This document shows positions 1 to 8,313 of a stretch of 64,000 nucleotides of DNA, piece after piece; position 1 is the stretch's first letter; each line of letters begins with the position of its first letter. The translations under genes and the position numbers were made by a program. Under the pieces are notes generated by a model. That model ran no database searches, was not told where the DNA came from, and was given only the letters and a program-made list of their open reading frames with translations. The DNA is from Coleofasciculus sp. B1-GNL1-01 (GTDB lineage Bacteria; Cyanobacteriota; Cyanobacteriia; Cyanobacteriales; Coleofasciculaceae), in the NCBI GenBank assembly GCA_040220235.1, contig JAVJTO010000096.1. One strand, written 5' to 3'.

Positions 1-424
1 CAATATTTTCCGCTATCTCGACCAGCAGCACTTCCTCAATAAACTCTCGAAAACGCTGCACAGGTGATAGACAATTACGCTCTTGCCACCAAGTTCTGCG
101 ATTAACTTTTCCCGATAAATCGAACTCGCTGACTAAATCGTAGAACAATCCCATATACCAACTGGCTAGGGTATTCTTGTCACTACCAATCAGTGTCAAA
201 TCGAGAGCAGCACAGCGAATACCCTCAGCTTCCAGCCGTTGCATCGTTTGCAATCGCAAGCTGGACTTCCCCATCTGTCGCGAGTTCAGCACATAGCAAA
301 AGTTTCCAGCCTTCAGCCCTTGATACAGGTTTTGATCTGCCTGTCGCGTGACATAACTTGGTGCGTCCGCTTCCAAGCTTCCGCCAACTTGATATCGGTA
401 GGTTGAACCTTGCACTGTACTCAT
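1..424 (-). CDS. AAA_35 (AAA-like) domain protein, N-terminal part; runs off the left edge
   Basis: Not in ORF track. Translated by hand from ATG at 424: [56 protein letters not shown]..., the typical cyanobacterial AAA_35 start; begins 9 bp after the stop of the upstream gene. Confidence 0.85.
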   Translation of the reverse strand, partial: MSTVQGSTYRYQVGGSLEADAPSYVTRQADQNLYQGLKAGNFCYVLNSRQMGKSSLRLQTMQRLEAEGIRCAALDLTLIGSDKNTLASWYMGLFYDLVSEFDLSGKVNRRTWWQERNCLSPVQRFREFIEEVLLVEIAENI

Positions 425-433
425 TTTCAACGC

Positions 434-1744
434 TTAATTCCCTAGGCGATCGCGCAAATAATTACTATACAAATGATAGCGAGGTTTGACCTCATTTCCC
501 TCTAACTGCACCAGACCCAAACTTTGTAATTGAAAAGCTAGCATGGATTCTAATTGCACCGGATGTGTTGACTCGACTACTATTTTCATTGCCATTGCCA
601 GTTCTGGATGCTCCTGCAAATTGCCCAAATGTCCCCGCAAATGATTAGCGTAAATTCCCGCTTCCGTACAAGCCTTTTGCAGCAGTTCCTCCAGGGTGAT
701 TTCGGAGCGAGTCAGGTGATAGATTGCCCTCTGTACGAGATAAGGATGTCCTCCCACCAACGACATTAGCTGATCCACTTGTGAACCCTGCCAATCCAAT
801 CCTTGTCGCTGTGCCAAATCCTGTACTTGTTCCCGGTTAAACTCCGGTAATTCTATGGACTCACCAACATTAAACGGCGACTGATGAATATTTAGCTCAA
901 TATACACTTCCGTGGAATGGGCAACAACCAACCGCAGTTTTTTCCAAAGCTTACTTCTCTTTCCTTTCTCATACCAAGCTCGCAGCATCGCCAAAAAGTT
1001 CCCAGCAATTGCAGAATAAGGAAAAATACGATCCACGTCATCTAACGCTAAGACCAAGGGATGCTCTAATTGACTGAGCAAATATTCCTCAAAATAAATT
1101 GTACAGCTCTGGCTGCTACCTAACTCGTCTACCCAATAATCAGTCAATTGATCTCGTAGTCTCAACTCGCGCCCCACGACACCACAGAACCAGCGCAGGA
1201 ATTTATCCAGACTGCTTAAGACCGACCCATCGGCTAGCAGTAAACTTAAATTCACAGTTCGATACTTTTGTTTAGTTGCTTGAGCCAGAATCCTATCAAT
1301 CAGCCAGGTTTTGCCCATTCGCTTCGGTGCTTTGATCCGCAGCAGGGAACCCGGTTGCAAGATTGTCTCATTGCAGCGAGATTCGATAGGAGGTCGCTCC
1401 ATATACTCAGAGACGGCTGTTCCTGTTTCCTCCCCAGAACAATCAACCGTAGCCAATTCCAACGCCTCTGCTGAAAATGCGCGATCGCTGCGTTCGTCTT
1501 CAAGATCAGCGATTTCCTTCAACTCTAATCCCAATCTTTCGCAAATTTCATAAAACGTCGCATAATCAACACGTCTACCATTGAGGAAACTACTCACTGT
1601 GGACAAAGCAAGCTGTAACTCCTCGGCTAGGTCTCTCTGGCGGAAAAAACCATTATGCTTAACTGCTCGTTTGACCCGTTCGATATACTGGGGGGAAATT
1701 CTTAGCGATCGCGACATGACTAATCCTTGAATGAAGCTAATCAC
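434..1744 (-). CDS. XRE-type HTH + AAA_35 domain protein (start may be 1717)
   Basis: N-terminal QRDLAEELQLALSTVSSFLNG HTH; YMERPPIE, IKAPKRMGKT, LALDDVD and QSPFNVG motifs of AAA_35. Confidence 0.85.
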   Translation of the reverse strand: MISFIQGLVMSRSLRISPQYIERVKRAVKHNGFFRQRDLAEELQLALSTVSSFLNGRRVDYATFYEICERLGLELKEIADLEDERSDRAFSAEALELATVDCSGEETGTAVSEYMERPPIESRCNETILQPGSLLRIKAPKRMGKTWLIDRILAQATKQKYRTVNLSLLLADGSVLSSLDKFLRWFCGVVGRELRLRDQLTDYWVDELGSSQSCTIYFEEYLLSQLEHPLVLALDDVDRIFPYSAIAGNFLAMLRAWYEKGKRSKLWKKLRLVVAHSTEVYIELNIHQSPFNVGESIELPEFNREQVQDLAQRQGLDWQGSQVDQLMSLVGGHPYLVQRAIYHLTRSEITLEELLQKACTEAGIYANHLRGHLGNLQEHPELAMAMKIVVESTHPVQLESMLAFQLQSLGLVQLEGNEVKPRYHLYSNYLRDRLGN

Positions 1745-1833
1745 ATCATAATCTGCTTGATCATGACCTCAAGGGAACTGAGTCAGAAGTCGGTTATAAG
1801 TCAGTCATGAGTGTATAGCTTATTGGTGGATTA
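1619..1833. repeat. Copy 1 of a ~215-bp direct repeat (upstream region plus 5' end of the HTH-AAA gene)
   Basis: Aligns without gaps to 3318-3532 at offset 1699. Confidence 0.9.
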
Positions 1834-1900
1834 GAATTGTAGGGGCGCTAATGGTTTCTAGTTTAGTTACCAATGAAACCCAAGGCAATAAACAGTAGTC

Positions 1901-2092
1901 TTACTTGCGTTCCTTCTGTTGCCCAATAACTTTAATCAGTAGGGCGATGGAGCGAATTAGGACAGCGATCGCGAAGATGGTTTCAGGTACACTGCCTACT
2001 GGAACCTGTAGCGGTAGATTTGGCTCGACATGAGTTGGTACAGCAATGAGTGGTTCACCAGTGTGGATAATTTGATGTGCTTCACCTTGCAT
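1901..2092 (-). CDS. Small hypothetical protein with a hydrophobic C-terminal helix
   Basis: 63-aa ORF, AGGA upstream of the ATG, hydrophobic stretch followed by a basic tail. Confidence 0.5.
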   Translation of the reverse strand: MQGEAHQIIHTGEPLIAVPTHVEPNLPLQVPVGSVPETIFAIAVLIRSIALLIKVIGQQKERK

Positions 2093-2357
2093 GGTGTTTT
2101 TCCTAACTCTACAGTCTCATCCTCTAAAACCGCTTATTGAGGTCGAAACTGAGCAATGCTTGACTTGATAACTGAGTTCGTGACTGACTTACACCCTCAA
2201 CCCTAATCGCTGCGTTAAACTGAAGTTCCCCTAGCAGTAGACACATCGATTAGGACTTTCAGCGCCATTGATTGTAGAGACGCGCCATGGCTTTCAGCAA
2301 TCAGGTTTGGCATTTCGTTTCCCAGAGTGACAATAGAGCGATAAGTCCCGTAGTCCT

Positions 2358-2582
2358 TTATGCCGCATAGCGGATAATTTCTACCTCAGCTCCATTATTC
2401 ACAGCCATCTCCGCCCGTTGAAGTACCTGCTCGGTAATCAAATCACTCAGATAATACTCACCACAATTATCACAAACCTCTGCTGGTACCCGTTTGATAA
2501 TCACAATACTTTCGTCTCGTTCGAGAGTCACAGTCACTAAACCAGCTTGTGTTTCGCCATGCTGACAGATTACACACCTCAT
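2358..2582 (-). CDS. YgiT-type zinc-finger (MqsA-like) antitoxin
   Basis: MRCVIC...VPAEVCDNCGEYY motif; directly downstream of a DUF4258-like gene. Confidence 0.85.
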   Translation of the reverse strand: MRCVICQHGETQAGLVTVTLERDESIVIIKRVPAEVCDNCGEYYLSDLITEQVLQRAEMAVNNGAEVEIIRYAA

Positions 2583-2586
2583 GCTT

Positions 2587-2866
2587 TTATCTCCGAGTTC
2601 TAAAATTATTTGTCCACAAATTGGGATCGGGGCGATAAGCCGTCACCACATATCCTGTATCCATAGATTCATTATGAAAATACAACATGAATGGGTTGAC
2701 CTTCGACAAAATCTAATAACAGATAACTAGGAAACGGCTTATCATATAGATTTTATTCGATCACTTCCCCATAAGCAACAACAGTTTGTACATCAGCTTT
2801 ACTAATTCGGCGTAGAAACATCTGTTGGATAGCATGACGTGAAAAAACTAGATTTTGACAATCCAT
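2587..2866 (-). pseudogene. DUF4258-family toxin pseudogene
   Basis: Hand translation MDCQNLVFSRHAIQQMFLRRISKADV...GEVIE* (TAA at 2753-2755), then DKPFPSYLLL...PIHVVFS*, then a frameshift before GYVVTAYRPDPNLW. Confidence 0.85.
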
Positions 2867-2887
2867 AAGTTATGGCTTACAAAATAA

Positions 2888-3259
2888 TCATTTCTTGTTG
2901 GCTTCCCGTTGCCTTCTGTTTTCTATCAGTTTGACTCGAACGGCTTCGTAGCCAGCACGGGGAGGAGCAGCCGCAATCCGAGCCAAGCGATCGCGGTTGC
3001 GTTCTTCCCAATACTGTCGAATTTCTTCTGCCATTTGCAAAACGTCTTGATACTCTGCCTCTACCTCTACTTGATGGGCTTCAATATAGGCAAGAACTCC
3101 ATTCATCTGCTCATCAGTCAAATTGAAGACATCGCGAATGTACTTGTGTGGATAGTCGGCTTTGAGATAATCGATCACGTCATAGAGAGTGATCCGGGTA
3201 CCCGCGATCGTTAATCCCCGTTCAGTACGGATAATATATTCGTTACCAGCGTTCGTCAT
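2888..3259 (-). CDS. DUF433-domain putative antitoxin
   Basis: IIRTERGLTIAGTRITLYDV motif typical of cyanobacterial DUF433 proteins. Confidence 0.85.
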   Translation of the reverse strand: MTNAGNEYIIRTERGLTIAGTRITLYDVIDYLKADYPHKYIRDVFNLTDEQMNGVLAYIEAHQVEVEAEYQDVLQMAEEIRQYWEERNRDRLARIAAAPPRAGYEAVRVKLIENRRQREANKK

Positions 3260-3443
3260 TCCTATCTTCTACGGTAAGGAAATCCCTGATGTCGTTTTCA
3301 GTCTCCATCATAGCCCTCTCCTCGGCTAAGTCTCTCTGGCTCCAAAAACTATTACGCTTAACCACTCGCTTGACCCGTTCGATATACTGGGGGGAAATTA
3401 TTCGCGATCGCGACATGACTAATCCGTGAATGAAACTAATCAC
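3243..3443 (-). pseudogene. Truncated duplicate of the HTH-AAA gene 5' end
   Basis: First ~42 codons closely match 434..1744 (up to QRDLAEE), then unrelated sequence. Confidence 0.8.
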
Positions 3444-3532
3444 ATCATAATCTGCTTAATCATGACTTCAAGGGGATTGAGTCAGAAGTTGCTTATAAGT
3501 CAGTCATGAGTGTATAGCTTGTTGGTGGGTTA
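3318..3532. repeat. Copy 2 of the ~215-bp direct repeat
   Basis: Matches 1619-1833. Confidence 0.9.
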
Positions 3533-3840
3533 CGGCGAGATAGTTATTAAACAGTCATTCGTGCTGATTAAATTCCCGCCTAACCCACCCTACGTGGCAC
3601 ACCCAATTTTATGAATTAGGATTAAACTGTAGGGGCGCACCGACGTGCGCCCTTTTTTCACACCAATGTACGCCCCATTCAACCGTAACTTTCCTCTCAC
3701 AATAAGCAACACCCTCATAAACTTCGAGCCTAAAATTAAGAGTCATTCCTAGAATCTTGATAGGCTTTGACCTTTTCGTATAAACTAGCAACAAACCTAG
3801 CAATTGAGTAGCCTTTCCCAATTATTGGTGTCATAATTTA

Positions 3841-4290
3841 TCAATTATCATCCTCCTCAAGCAACGCTGAATCTAACAATCGCTGCCAATCCTCATCGGT
3901 TGGCAATAAGCCTTGATATTTAATGCGCTGCATAATCAAAATATTATGACCCCAAGGAATTTCTGCAACAAGCTGTTTCAGAAATTCAGGTGCTTCAGCA
4001 TAGGCTTCATAAAACTGCTTGATTAACCACAAATTGCGCGGTGAAAATCCAGTTATTTGAGGAAATTCAGCCTTGAGGTCAGCCAATAGCCGTTCTACGA
4101 CTGCCTTGCCCCATCCTAACGCCTCCTGCCGCTCTACAATCAACTGCCCCAAAGACCAATACAAGCGAATCAGCGATCGATTAACTGCCCGCGCCGCCTC
4201 AATCCGACTTTGAACAACCTGAATTTTAATGTCCCGGAGGAAATCCTGATAGGCGCGATCAAAAGAAGGTTTAATGGTACTCATGTTCAA
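3841..4290 (-). pseudogene. DUF1016/YhcG-like gene with an in-frame internal deletion
   Basis: N-terminal DUF1016 motifs (AVNRSLIRLYWSLG, WGKAVVERL, GFSPRNL, IPWGHN) join directly to a C-terminal-like LLPTDEDW tail; the PD-(D/E)XK part is absent. Confidence 0.7.
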
Positions 4291-4453
4291 AACCCTGGAT
4301 TACTGCGATGACTCGCTAATCTTACAGCCTATCCCTAGAATAGCCGCGATATCCCTACGGAATTAATGGAGGTGTTGAAAGCGCGATCGCACGTTTTTGA
4401 CATCTAAATTACCCTTCGTCGGGACACGCTCCCCTGATACCCTGTTATTTCCT

Positions 4454-4993
4454 TTAGTTTTGCCATGTTGCATCTAGGGTAAAGTTACAAGAATCTTGGA
4501 GAATACAAACATCATTTACTTGTATTAAATTACCTGTACAGAATATCGGAATGCGTTCTTGATACGCTTTAATCGCCAAAATATAATCACGTCCGCTTAA
4601 TTCGGTCTGAATTTTACAGATTTGATTGTTGACGGCTCCAAATAGTGTAATTTGTCCGATTAATTCAGTCTTGTTTGCAGGCTGAATTTGCATCACTACT
4701 CCCTGAACCTTGACAGCATTGACTGTTGCATTTAATAAATGGCTGGGTTCTTGACCTGTAATCCTTGCGTACAGGACAACGGGATCGAGATCGGCTTCAT
4801 TCTCCCATTGGATCGTGCCTAAATCATGATTGACTCGGACTTTAGCAAAATAGTCTGGATTTTTTAAGGGAGTAAATATACCTGTAAATTCTATGATTTG
4901 ACTAATATCAACTATGCCCTCAACGCCATCATCGAATCGTAGATGGAGTTGATATCCTGCTAAAGGTTGAACATCGACAATATCTTTTAGCAT
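4454..4993 (-). CDS. DUF2442 putative antitoxin fused to an extra ~85-aa C-terminal domain
   Basis: YQLHLRFDDGVEGIVD...GTIQWENEADLDP is DUF2442-like; an additional beta-rich domain follows. Confidence 0.75.
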   Translation of the reverse strand: MLKDIVDVQPLAGYQLHLRFDDGVEGIVDISQIIEFTGIFTPLKNPDYFAKVRVNHDLGTIQWENEADLDPVVLYARITGQEPSHLLNATVNAVKVQGVVMQIQPANKTELIGQITLFGAVNNQICKIQTELSGRDYILAIKAYQERIPIFCTGNLIQVNDVCILQDSCNFTLDATWQN

Positions 4994-4996
4994 GGC

Positions 4997-5047
4997 TTAC
5001 TCTAAAGGAATGATTTTGTTTAACGGTTGATTCGTTTGGGCGATCGC
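4997..5047 (-). pseudogene. C-terminal remnant of a DUF4160-like partner gene
   Basis: Reads AIAQTNQPLNKIIPLE*, ending 3 bp before the DUF2442 ATG; similarity starts at a HIP1 site. Confidence 0.55.
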
Positions 5048-5209
5048 ACTTTCTTATACATCTAAATTGCCGTTGGTAGGGGCACGATACCATCGTGCCC
5101 TGCTATCAGACTGGTTAAGGTGCGTTACGCTTCGCTAACACACCCTACAGATAGAGCCTTTGCGTAATCCAAATCTTGAGCGGGTAACGCAACCCGTTAT
5201 CATGATGTT

Positions 5210-7660
5210 ATGGGAAGAAGCAACACCTCTGGTCACACCACCGTTGTCGGGACTCACCCCTACCTTGAACTCAACAATCAAGGTCAAATCCAGCGCTTTT
5301 ATCTCAACCAAGACACCCATACACTGGGACGCGATCGCACTTTCTCTAACCTCCCCATCCCTCCCAGTTGGGGCGTTATCTCTAACCGCCACGCCATCTT
5401 ACGCAAAGAGGGTGAAGACTATCGTATTTTCGATGGCGATGGTCAACGTCCCAGTACCAATGGTATTTTTATCAACAAAACCCGAATCAACACCAGCCAA
5501 GGCTATCTCCTCCAAAGCGGTGTACAACTGGAAATTGGTCAAGATCCCCACAACTACATCCTCCTCACCTATACCAATCCCAATCGCAGCCAACTCACCG
5601 TCCAACCCAGTAAACAGCGCCTATCCCTTCAAGGATTACGGGAGTGGCCCGTGGAATTGGGACGGGAACCGACTCCTGGACGCTACGCCGCCATCCAACT
5701 TGACGCGCCCACCGTCTCCCGCCTACACGCCGTTATCACTCCATTCCCCCAAGGTGGCTATGTCTTAGAAGACCGTAGCACCAATGGTACTTTCCTGAAC
5801 GAAAAACTGATCAATACTAGCGTTCCCCTCCAGGATGGCGATACCATCCGCATCGGACCCTTTAGCCTACTACTACGCCAAGACACCCTGGAATTAGTGG
5901 ATCGAGGCAATTTTATTCGCCTCGACGCCCATCGCTTAGTGCGTCAGGTTAAAGATAAACAGGGGCAAACCAAAACCATCCTCAGTCACATCTCTCTCCC
6001 CATTGAACCGGGACAATTTGTCGCCTTGGTGGGCGGAAGTGGTACGGGGAAATCTACCCTATTAAAAACCCTCTTAGGCATTGAACCCACCCAGGAAGGT
6101 GCCGTTTTTCTCAATGGCGACAACCTGCGACAGAATTTTAACCTCTATCGGTCTCAAATTGGCTATGTCCCCCAAGATGATATCGTCCATCCGGATTTAA
6201 CTGTTGCTGAAGTCCTCACCTACTCCTGTCGGTTACGATTACCCCCGGATACCCATGTCAACGCGATCGTCGATCGCACTCTTGACCAAGTTAAGCTAGA
6301 GTTTGTCCGCAACAGTTTTGTCCGGGATTTGAGTGGGGGACAACGCAAACGGGTGAGTATCGCCGTGGAACTCCTGGCTGATCCCAAACTCTTTTTCCTG
6401 GATGAACCCACATCTGGACTTGACCCCGGATTGGACAAAGAGATGATGCAACTCTTACGGGAACTCGCCCATCAGGGGCGCACCATCCTCCTCGTCACCC
6501 ATGCAACCGCCAATATTGAAGTCTGCGATCGCATCGCGTTTCTGGGTCGCGGTGGACATCTGTGCTACTTTGGTCCCCCGCAAGAGGCGATGGACTTCTT
6601 TGAAATGCCCTCTGGTGACTTAAAATACTTTGCCGATATTTACATCAAACTCGACCAAGGCAAAACTCAATCAGAAAATGAGCAAACTGTCAAGCATTGG
6701 ACTGAGAAATTTTTGCATCATTCCGCCGCCTATCAAAGCTACATTCAAGCCTCCCTAAGTCCAGGAAAAGTCACGCCATCCCAACCCCCACCCAGTTCAG
6801 GAAGCGGGAGTTCTCCCCTAAACCAACTCTGGCTGCTAAGTAAACGCTACCTAAAACTAATTCTTCGCGATCGCCGCAGTCTCGCCCTCTCCTTACTCAC
6901 CGCCCCAATTGGTATTGGCTTAATTGTCCTCACGTTAGCGGGTAAAACCCCTTTAGCTGAACTTGACACCCTAGAGATAACCCAAGCGCCTCTCGCCTTA
7001 CGAGTCCTATTTATTTTTACCTGTGCAGCCATTTTAGTTGGACTCTTAAGTTCAGTCCAAGAAATTGTCAAAGAATCCAGTATTTATGCTAGAGAACGAT
7101 TAGTTAATTTAGGCATTTTTCCCTATCTGGGGTCAAAATTCCTGATCCGTTCAGGTTTAGCGATTCTGCAAACTCTTTTGATGGTTCTGGTTATTTTAGT
7201 GGGGTTTCAATCGCCTAATCCGGAAATAATTCCCTGGTCAATTGGTTTATCTTTAACTACATTTTTAACGTTAATGGCTACCTTGAGTTTAGGACTCTTG
7301 GTGTCCGCCTTAGTCACCAATGAAACCGAGGCAAATAATAGCCTATCCTTACTCTTTCTACCCCAAATTATCTTTTCTGGCGTTCTCTTTGAACTGACTG
7401 GTTTTGCCCGTAAACTCTCCTGGTTAACCATCAGTCGTTGGTCAGTGGGCGCTTATGGTGCTTTAGTGGATGTCAATGCCATGGTACCGGAACAAACACC
7501 TCTACCTGGAATGGAACCGCTTCCCCTTCCCTTTGAACCGACGCCCGTTTATGATCCAACCTGGGACAACCTGAGACTTAACTGGGGTATCCTTTGTGTC
7601 CATACCGTTGTTTATCTGGCGATCGCGCTTTGGTTACACAAGCGTAAGGATATTTTGTAA
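5210..7660 (+). CDS. FHA-FHA-ABC ATPase-ABC2 permease fusion transporter (Rv1747-like architecture)
   Basis: Two FHA domains (LGRD..SNRHA..STNG; LGRE..SRLHA..STNG), GGSGTGKST, LSGGQ, LDEPTSGLD, C-terminal TM helices. Confidence 0.9.
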   Translation: MGRSNTSGHTTVVGTHPYLELNNQGQIQRFYLNQDTHTLGRDRTFSNLPIPPSWGVISNRHAILRKEGEDYRIFDGDGQRPSTNGIFINKTRINTSQGYLLQSGVQLEIGQDPHNYILLTYTNPNRSQLTVQPSKQRLSLQGLREWPVELGREPTPGRYAAIQLDAPTVSRLHAVITPFPQGGYVLEDRSTNGTFLNEKLINTSVPLQDGDTIRIGPFSLLLRQDTLELVDRGNFIRLDAHRLVRQVKDKQGQTKTILSHISLPIEPGQFVALVGGSGTGKSTLLKTLLGIEPTQEGAVFLNGDNLRQNFNLYRSQIGYVPQDDIVHPDLTVAEVLTYSCRLRLPPDTHVNAIVDRTLDQVKLEFVRNSFVRDLSGGQRKRVSIAVELLADPKLFFLDEPTSGLDPGLDKEMMQLLRELAHQGRTILLVTHATANIEVCDRIAFLGRGGHLCYFGPPQEAMDFFEMPSGDLKYFADIYIKLDQGKTQSENEQTVKHWTEKFLHHSAAYQSYIQASLSPGKVTPSQPPPSSGSGSSPLNQLWLLSKRYLKLILRDRRSLALSLLTAPIGIGLIVLTLAGKTPLAELDTLEITQAPLALRVLFIFTCAAILVGLLSSVQEIVKESSIYARERLVNLGIFPYLGSKFLIRSGLAILQTLLMVLVILVGFQSPNPEIIPWSIGLSLTTFLTLMATLSLGLLVSALVTNETEANNSLSLLFLPQIIFSGVLFELTGFARKLSWLTISRWSVGAYGALVDVNAMVPEQTPLPGMEPLPLPFEPTPVYDPTWDNLRLNWGILCVHTVVYLAIALWLHKRKDIL

Positions 7661-7721
7661 ACCCTAACTTTTCAAGAGACTAGATACTTTGTCAGAAAAA
7701 GAACAAAAGTGATGGTTATAA

Positions 7722-7863
7722 TTATTCGTTGCTTTGCCAATCTTCAATTTTTAAATCCTGTACCCGATTGAACTCTCGAATATTATGAGTAATCAATGTC
7801 AGATTGTGAGCTAAGGCAATTGCAGCATTGCAATTATGGGCAATCGTTGGGACATGATATCAT
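7722..7863 (-). pseudogene. VapC/PIN toxin remnant
   Basis: C-terminal AAIALAHNLTLITHNIREFNRVQDLKIEDWQ* retained; ATG overlapping the antitoxin stop is out of frame; most of the gene is deleted. Confidence 0.8.
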
Positions 7864-8066
7864 AGGAACTCACGCACCTCATATTCACCTTGGGAGGGTC
7901 GCTTCAAATCAGGAATGCTCCCTGCTGTATTTTGTAGGATAGAGAGCCATTCTGTTTTTTGGATTTGAATAATTACGGTTACATCCTGGTTTTTGAGTTC
8001 ATCAGGCAGCTGTAGTTGTAAGAGTCCATCTGAACCGATGTGGGATTTCAGGGTAATTGGTTGCAT
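7860..8066 (-). CDS. Putative antitoxin (small VapB-like partner)
   Basis: MQPITLKSHIGSDGLLQLQLP...TAGSIPDLKRPSQGEYEVRE, typical of small cyanobacterial PIN-toxin partners; ATGA overlap with the PIN remnant. Confidence 0.7.
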   Translation of the reverse strand: MQPITLKSHIGSDGLLQLQLPDELKNQDVTVIIQIQKTEWLSILQNTAGSIPDLKRPSQGEYEVREFL

Positions 8067-8103
8067 TTGTTTTCTTCTGTTTTTCTAGGATTAGTTTCGT
8101 TTC

Positions 8104-8206
8104 TAAGCTGTTCGGACTTGAAACCTTATTATCGACAACAGTGAAATCTTTGTCATGCGATCATCCTGCTCGCTACCCATTCCGAATTTAAATGCGCGAT
8201 AGTTTA
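8104..8206. mobile_element. MITE family A, short/degenerate copy
   Basis: TAAGCTGTTCGG...TTTAAATGCGCGATAGTTTA; similar to 11831-11982 but lacks the internal insert. Confidence 0.6.
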
Positions 8207-8313
8207 CTACTTCAGTATAAATCAGGAGCCAGACCTCAAGTGTATTGGCAACATAATTGGGTCTGACTCTTTTGATGATTAATGTGATGCACCTCAATTA
8301 ATCACAACTTAAC

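Noticed and set aside
3609..3821. 70-aa ORF
   Set aside because: Ends in REP-derived sequence (HVGAPLQ); no family features
5160..5768. 202-aa alternative-frame ORF
   Set aside because: Overlaps the FHA-ABC gene, low complexity, no motifs
8103..8297. 64-aa ORF
   Set aside because: Largely read through a MITE copy
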